64,000 nt of DNA, from the sequence record OQ828465.1; one strand, given 5' to 3'. Under the pieces are notes generated by a model, which saw only the letters and a list, made by a program, of their open reading frames with translations, made no database searches and was not told the DNA's origin. Positions 58,777-64,000 of the stretch are shown here, in pieces. A program made the translations under genes and the position numbers. Numbering within the stretch: the first letter of the stretch is position 1; each line of letters starts with the position of its first letter.

Positions 58777-60342
58777 ATGCAAATCATCGTTACAGGAGTT
58801 CAAGGTACTGGTTTTACTGAAGTGGCTACAGAACACAATGGTAAACGTTTAACTTGGACAACTACGGCTTATAGTAAAATCCGTGTACAAGATCAACAAC
58901 GCGTATTCCAAGAAATCAATGATTATTGGAGTGGCCTAAGTGCTGAGACACAACAACATATCTGGAATTGTTATGTAGAAATTCGTAAGATCATGGATAT
59001 GGCTATGGATCCGATGAGGATTGCAATGAGTCTATCCTATTACATCAAAGAGATGTATAAAGCCATGCCGATGAACAGTTTTCGGCGATGGCTACTAACT
59101 ATTGGTAAACTTTATATTCCAGTAGATATTGAAGAAGTTATCACTGATGATTCACGATATAATCGACCAGATCAAACATATCTGAAACATGACTATATTA
59201 ACCTTGCATCTGTATCACTAGCTCTTCGTCCTTTAGTACCTATTTGGGGCGAGTTTATTGATCAGGGCACTTCTCAGGAAATGCATAAAGAGTGTGAAGT
59301 AATTAGTCTCATCTCGGATTGTGAGGTTAACCATTGGCCTGTTGATGAAATATCAATTGATGGAACTCCAGTAGAAACAGCTTATGATAAGCTAAGTGCA
59401 TATGTTAAGTTTTGTGTAGAAGATGAAGCACCCACCTTAGCCAACCTTTATAGAGGTATGAGTTCAGCTGAAGTGCCGGATATCTTACAGGCTAAAGTTA
59501 TGGTTAGGCGATTAACCATCCTACCATTAAACGATGCCACCTCACATTCCATCGTTTCAAATATGTTTAGATATGTTAAGTCAAATCTAAACCCTGCTGA
59601 ACGATCAACTGCTGACCGGGTTAATGATAAACGGCCAGATAAAGGTGGTATTGATGATGATGATAAAACATCATTTATCGAATCGCATAAAACTAAACAG
59701 CGAGTTACTCCTGGTGATATCGTAGCTTATAACTTAGATGCTCTTGATGTAGTTAAACTGGTTCACAAAATCGATGACACTGTCCCAGTAGAGTTAATTC
59801 AGGAATGTCTAGATTGCGTTGCAGTTACAGCTACTAAAGATATCTATCCACACCAGATATTACTTGCACAATGGGTGATGCACAAAGCTTTCCCTGCAAG
59901 AGCATTCAGCCACATTAATAAAAATGCAGTTAACCATTTGTTGGCAGCAGCTCAGTCACTAATGTGGCATTGGGGTTTCCAACAAGTTGCTGTATTTATG
60001 CAAGTAGAATTGTATTATAGTGGTGATCATGCAATGTCCATTCAACCACGTAATAGTACACGTATTCAAATTAAATATAAGGATGTGATGGATGAACTTT
60101 ATCCACATCAGCGACAACAACGAGCTATTAACGGTGTTCCAGTAGCACCTGTAAATATTGCGGGCATTGCTGTGCAATCTGCACATGCATCCATTAGATC
60201 TAGTAACTGGATCTATCATGGACCCGATCGTTTATTCAAAGAAGCAGAACAGGTAACTCAGAATAAAGTCCTTGTTGTACCGGCCACAATTAAGTCGGTG
60301 ATCACCGAACTGGTAATTCATCTGGGTAAACTTAATCAGTAA
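58777..60342 (+). CDS. nvRNAP promoter-specificity (sigma-like) subunit (gp68)
   Basis: MQIIVTGVQG...; size and synteny between chmC and picA; GAGG RBS. Confidence 0.8.
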   Translation: MQIIVTGVQGTGFTEVATEHNGKRLTWTTTAYSKIRVQDQQRVFQEINDYWSGLSAETQQHIWNCYVEIRKIMDMAMDPMRIAMSLSYYIKEMYKAMPMNSFRRWLLTIGKLYIPVDIEEVITDDSRYNRPDQTYLKHDYINLASVSLALRPLVPIWGEFIDQGTSQEMHKECEVISLISDCEVNHWPVDEISIDGTPVETAYDKLSAYVKFCVEDEAPTLANLYRGMSSAEVPDILQAKVMVRRLTILPLNDATSHSIVSNMFRYVKSNLNPAERSTADRVNDKRPDKGGIDDDDKTSFIESHKTKQRVTPGDIVAYNLDALDVVKLVHKIDDTVPVELIQECLDCVAVTATKDIYPHQILLAQWVMHKAFPARAFSHINKNAVNHLLAAAQSLMWHWGFQQVAVFMQVELYYSGDHAMSIQPRNSTRIQIKYKDVMDELYPHQRQQRAINGVPVAPVNIAGIAVQSAHASIRSSNWIYHGPDRLFKEAEQVTQNKVLVVPATIKSVITELVIHLGKLNQ

Positions 60343-60358
60343 TAATTGAGGTAGTTCT

Positions 60359-62032
60359 ATGTTAGGTTTTAATAATTCAGCAATGGGTGGTAATACTGAA
60401 GTACAGATTGAATCATTCATTCTAGTACAGACTGGTACTTATCAACCTGAGCATGTTCGACCATTTACGGTAGAGGTCACTGAGAACTCTATTGAACGTT
60501 TAAAAGAAGCAACTAATGATGGTCGTAATCTAGGTGTTGCAGCTGTACAGCAAATTGCAGCTGATGTGATCGCACCACGTGCTCAAACTCAAGGCGAAGT
60601 CCCTATCGTCAATGGTTGGGGTGAACGCCGGTTTAGGTTCATGATGAAAGTATGGGAGAATAACCGTTTCTTTGGTAATACCCGTACTTGCCGGATTCTA
60701 TTTGGTTGCTCTGACCATTGCTCTATTAGTCCGCTTAGCAATAGTCTAGATCCTAACATGCGTATCTATTTTAATAGTGAAACTGTTATTGTAGAGCGTC
60801 AACGACCAACTGAGTTTGGTGTGGTTAAACAAGCACATATCCTAGGTTCTAACCAGATCCTTGCACCCGTCGATATCATGAGTGATATTACTATCCCTCA
60901 GAACGGGTTTAGCATGTATACTGGAACTTCATCATATCTCCAACGGCCAGAAGATGTTTTCCAGATTCAGCAAACGATGCAAGTAGCTAAACGCATTGAA
61001 TCAACTGGACTACATCAAGGTGTATTTGACCGGATCATTGATCAACGTTCCAGTGTTGGTGAAGCAGGTACTTTCCAATATTCAAATCGCCGTGATACTT
61101 CTCCTACTCGTTATCTATCTAGTACTCTTAATGCATGGCAGCATTCTGTTAAAGAAGCTGAGATGGCTAATAATGATAACGATAATATCTTTGGAGGTGT
61201 CTCTGATGAAGTGATGCTAGGCGATGCATCTGCTGTACTTCGAAATCAAGATATCCATTCCAATATGTTCATGCGCATTCTAAAAGAACGCTGCAATTAC
61301 ATGGAACGTGGCTTTGTTACACTGGCTGACCTACAACGAGTATTCCCTGAACTACTGGTTGATGGTGTAGTTAAAGCTGGTATGGATAATGGTAATTCTC
61401 AACGCTTCGTTAACCGAGCAGAGCATTCCATGCATTGGGGTGGTGCAGATCATCACACTGTTGCAGCATCTCTACTTGCACAAGTAGTTCCAGCAATCAT
61501 GATGGATAACTATTTCCGGGTAACCTCCTTTGCAATTACAAATGGACATGGAGCGAATAACTATCTATTCGAAATGCATCCAAATGGTACCAGGAGTATC
61601 ATGGATGGAATTGATATGACTCCACAGATTAATGACTTTGAACGTCGTCTTATTACCGATGCGATTAACAGTATCTCTTATGGTAACCAGATTCCGTTTA
61701 AAATTTCCATGCACTCTGACTTAGCTGGTGATACTGTTATTGATATCAGTCTAAATCATGAATCGGTAGAACGATTCATCGCACCGACCTTCATTGATAG
61801 TCTGTTTAGTCCAGTCATTACTCGGGATGCATCTGCACCGGCTATGATCTCTAATGACCTTACCTATCTTGTTAAGAATGTTATCCCAACTAAGACTCAA
61901 CAAAACATTCTAAACAGTAGTGGTCAGCCGGTTAACATGCAACCGTATCAACATCCTGTAGCTCAACCTGCTCAAATCAATCCTAAATTTGGTGATAACA
62001 ATGCCTACGATTTCTCTTTCCAAGTTCTATAG
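60359..62032 (+). CDS. picA: PicA/Imp1 nuclear import factor (gp69)
   Basis: 557 aa directly after gp68; conserved TGTYQ..HVRPF, IVNGWGERRFRF. Confidence 0.8.
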   Translation: MLGFNNSAMGGNTEVQIESFILVQTGTYQPEHVRPFTVEVTENSIERLKEATNDGRNLGVAAVQQIAADVIAPRAQTQGEVPIVNGWGERRFRFMMKVWENNRFFGNTRTCRILFGCSDHCSISPLSNSLDPNMRIYFNSETVIVERQRPTEFGVVKQAHILGSNQILAPVDIMSDITIPQNGFSMYTGTSSYLQRPEDVFQIQQTMQVAKRIESTGLHQGVFDRIIDQRSSVGEAGTFQYSNRRDTSPTRYLSSTLNAWQHSVKEAEMANNDNDNIFGGVSDEVMLGDASAVLRNQDIHSNMFMRILKERCNYMERGFVTLADLQRVFPELLVDGVVKAGMDNGNSQRFVNRAEHSMHWGGADHHTVAASLLAQVVPAIMMDNYFRVTSFAITNGHGANNYLFEMHPNGTRSIMDGIDMTPQINDFERRLITDAINSISYGNQIPFKISMHSDLAGDTVIDISLNHESVERFIAPTFIDSLFSPVITRDASAPAMISNDLTYLVKNVIPTKTQQNILNSSGQPVNMQPYQHPVAQPAQINPKFGDNNAYDFSFQVL

Positions 62033-63380
62033 TGATCAAGTATTACCTGCTTTCCGATACAAAGTAGGTGAAGAGGATATGATCAGTATTCTCGATCCAC
62101 TTGGTCGACCTGCACCTGCAAAGGTAGATGGTAAGCGACTAGTGGTACCTACTAAAGATTGGCTTCGTAAAGGGCTAGGCGATGATTACATCGCCTTCCA
62201 CCCGCTATCTGAAAAGATCTCTCGGCTAGGTACTTCTCAAGTACTACAGCATATGCAGCGTCAAGTTAAGGCTAATCTAATGTTTACTGTGAAGTATCTT
62301 ACTTCACGTATTTTAGAAGTAGCTGCCGACTCCACTCTGCATAAAGACATTCCACCAGAATGTTCAGACTTCCTAAAGAAACTATCCGGTGCTAAGCCAG
62401 ATACCATTGAGTGGTTTAATAAGGTTGTCAAAGCTGCTGAAAAACGTTCACGTTTTGTAAGCGTGTATCTAAAAGCAAATGGTAAATTTGATGGGAAGAC
62501 AGTTAACCGTATCTGCGTTATTCGGTTCCCTATCGTAGAGGATCTTTATTCTAAAGATGATATCCTTGGAGTAAATGTACCTAAGAAACAGCGGCCAGTT
62601 CTAATCGAACTATTTAAACTAGTTGTACCATTTGGTGATTCACCAACTGAATATTCAGCAGGAACAGTTGAGCGGGTAGCACCTTATTTTGTATGTCTTA
62701 TCCAGGCATTTAACAAAATCACTACTCAACTAAATAGTGTTATTGATAAGTATCGCCTGATCTTCGATGATGCTATTCAACCTTATTCAAAAGTTGATGA
62801 GAAGGTGATTGCTGATTTTGCAAAGATGCAACGTGAGATCCCCTCTCTTGATGGTAATGAAGGAGTCAGCAATGAAGTAGAAGAAGAAGCTTCTGAAACT
62901 GTAAACCCAGTTGCCCAAATTCCTGTCCAGAAAAAGGATAGTGTAGTTAAAGTGGGTAATACTGCTAAAGAACAAACTACTTCTACACGTGTACCAGTAG
63001 GCACAACTGTGAATGTTAATCCATCTATGAGTCAAGCTGTAGCAATGACTCAGGCACCTCAACGTCCCGCACAACAAGTTCAAACTAGCAATAAAGCATC
63101 TATCCAAGATCTTCTAAACGCTGGGCAGAAAAACCAATTTGCTCAACCCGGAATGATGCAACAACCTGTTATGATGAACAATAACTTTGCAATGCCTGGG
63201 ATGATGCAGCCACAGCAACCAATGATGGCTAATATGCATCCGCAAATGATGCAACTCATGGGCAATCAAATGCCGATGGGTGGTGGATTTGCACAAGCAC
63301 TAAACCCCGCTCTAGCTGGTAATGGTAACACCGCGATGATGAATCTAGGTGGAAACCAAATGATGGGTCGTCTACTGTAA
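62001..63380 (+). CDS. Conserved core protein gp70-like with Met/Gln/Pro-rich tail
   Basis: MPTISLSKFY start; folded N-terminus (AFHPLSE) plus low-complexity C-terminus. Confidence 0.8.
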   Translation: MPTISLSKFYSDQVLPAFRYKVGEEDMISILDPLGRPAPAKVDGKRLVVPTKDWLRKGLGDDYIAFHPLSEKISRLGTSQVLQHMQRQVKANLMFTVKYLTSRILEVAADSTLHKDIPPECSDFLKKLSGAKPDTIEWFNKVVKAAEKRSRFVSVYLKANGKFDGKTVNRICVIRFPIVEDLYSKDDILGVNVPKKQRPVLIELFKLVVPFGDSPTEYSAGTVERVAPYFVCLIQAFNKITTQLNSVIDKYRLIFDDAIQPYSKVDEKVIADFAKMQREIPSLDGNEGVSNEVEEEASETVNPVAQIPVQKKDSVVKVGNTAKEQTTSTRVPVGTTVNVNPSMSQAVAMTQAPQRPAQQVQTSNKASIQDLLNAGQKNQFAQPGMMQQPVMMNNNFAMPGMMQPQQPMMANMHPQMMQLMGNQMPMGGGFAQALNPALAGNGNTAMMNLGGNQMMGRLL

Positions 63381-63390
63381 CACGGCATAA

Positions 63391-63414
63391 ACCAGGGGGC
63401 CTAAGGGTCCCCTG
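63391..63414. terminator. Terminator at convergent junction
   Basis: CCAGGGG/CCCCTGG stem. Confidence 0.7.
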
Positions 63415-63421
63415 GCTTGCT

Positions 63422-63796
63422 TTAAAACTTTTTAGTTTGATATAAGCTAACGAGGTGTTGAATCATGTCGTTATTCGGTATGATTAAATAGCTGGTGTAA
63501 TCATTAGCTGAAGGATCCCTTAGAACTTTACCAAAATCATAAGGGCTAACTAAACCATTAACACGCATTTGAATCCACCACATATCAGGATTGACACGGC
63601 GTTCTGCCATGTATCCATAAAAGTTTCCTTCGAACTGGTAATACAGTTCAGGTGGAATCTGAATACGTGTGGATCTGACATTACGTAAGATATTCAAATG
63701 AGTCTCAATAATTAATCTGAACCCTGGTTCATAATAAACAGATTCACCTGAATCTGGCTGATTAGCTAACAGTGTGAATGCCATAATAAATTCCAA
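63422..63796 (-). CDS. Conserved hypothetical, possibly LysM/baseplate gp53-like
   Basis: 124 aa; PDMWWIQMRVNGLVSPYDF resembles the YW..L..N.I.DP.D pattern. Confidence 0.55.
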   Translation of the reverse strand: MEFIMAFTLLANQPDSGESVYYEPGFRLIIETHLNILRNVRSTRIQIPPELYYQFEGNFYGYMAERRVNPDMWWIQMRVNGLVSPYDFGKVLRDPSANDYTSYLIIPNNDMIQHLVSLYQTKKF

Positions 63797-63848
63797 TAAA
63801 TTTTATTTAAGATCTATATCATTGATTTGTAATTAGTAAACAGGAGGT

Positions 63849-63968
63849 ATGAGATTGGTGATACCAGACATTGAAGTCTTACAAAAGGCTATATCTAAAA
63901 ACAGCGCAAATAAGAAATATAGTAGTACTGCATCTTGTCTAATTAATGGTGATAAACAAAATGGCTGA
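63849..63968 (+). CDS. 39-aa ORF overlapping the start of gp71
   Basis: AGGAGG RBS, behind AAGATCTATATCAT (63809-63822); TGA overlaps gp71 ATG. Confidence 0.55.
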   Translation: MRLVIPDIEVLQKAISKNSANKKYSSTASCLINGDKQNG

Positions 63969-64000
63969 ACTAGGTAAACGTGAAATTGATCTAACCCTAT
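63961..64000 (+). CDS. 5' end of nvRNAP beta-like subunit (gp71), truncated by window edge
   Basis: MAELGKREIDLTL resembles recalled phiKZ gp71 N-terminus; follows gp70. Confidence 0.7.
   Translation, partial: MAELGKREIDLTL

Overview
This window is the left ~64 kb of a phiKZ-like (Phikzvirus, Chimalliviridae) nucleus-forming Pseudomonas jumbo phage. It is collinear with phiKZ genes ~1-71, recognised from memory of the protein families and gene order; no database search was run. Order: DHFR and a block of small early genes with repeated TATATTAC promoter cassettes; terminase, baseplate, tail sheath and tube module; Dip (RNase E inhibitor); PhuZ tubulin; a CX5R phosphatase; PolB subunit; chimallin (ChmA); non-virion RNAP beta'-like subunit; SbcD nuclease; ChmC; nvRNAP specificity subunit gp68; PicA/Imp1; gp70; and the start of the nvRNAP beta-like subunit gp71. 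The most notable hidden structure is (i) two paralogous group I introns that split the nvRNAP beta' gene exactly at HRN^PTL and at the catalytic PN^ADFDGD motif, with no intact homing endonuclease but a 37-codon stub; and (ii) a ~330-nt multi-helix, pseudoknot-capable non-coding element directly after chmA. Also seen: a bL12-CTD-like early protein, a mosaic gene built from pieces of two other genes, an ORF broken by one in-frame TGA, a Met/Gln prion-like tail on gp70, and a conserved CATA...TATG-flanked terminator family. gp numbers refer to presumed phiKZ orthologues and are inferred from synteny.
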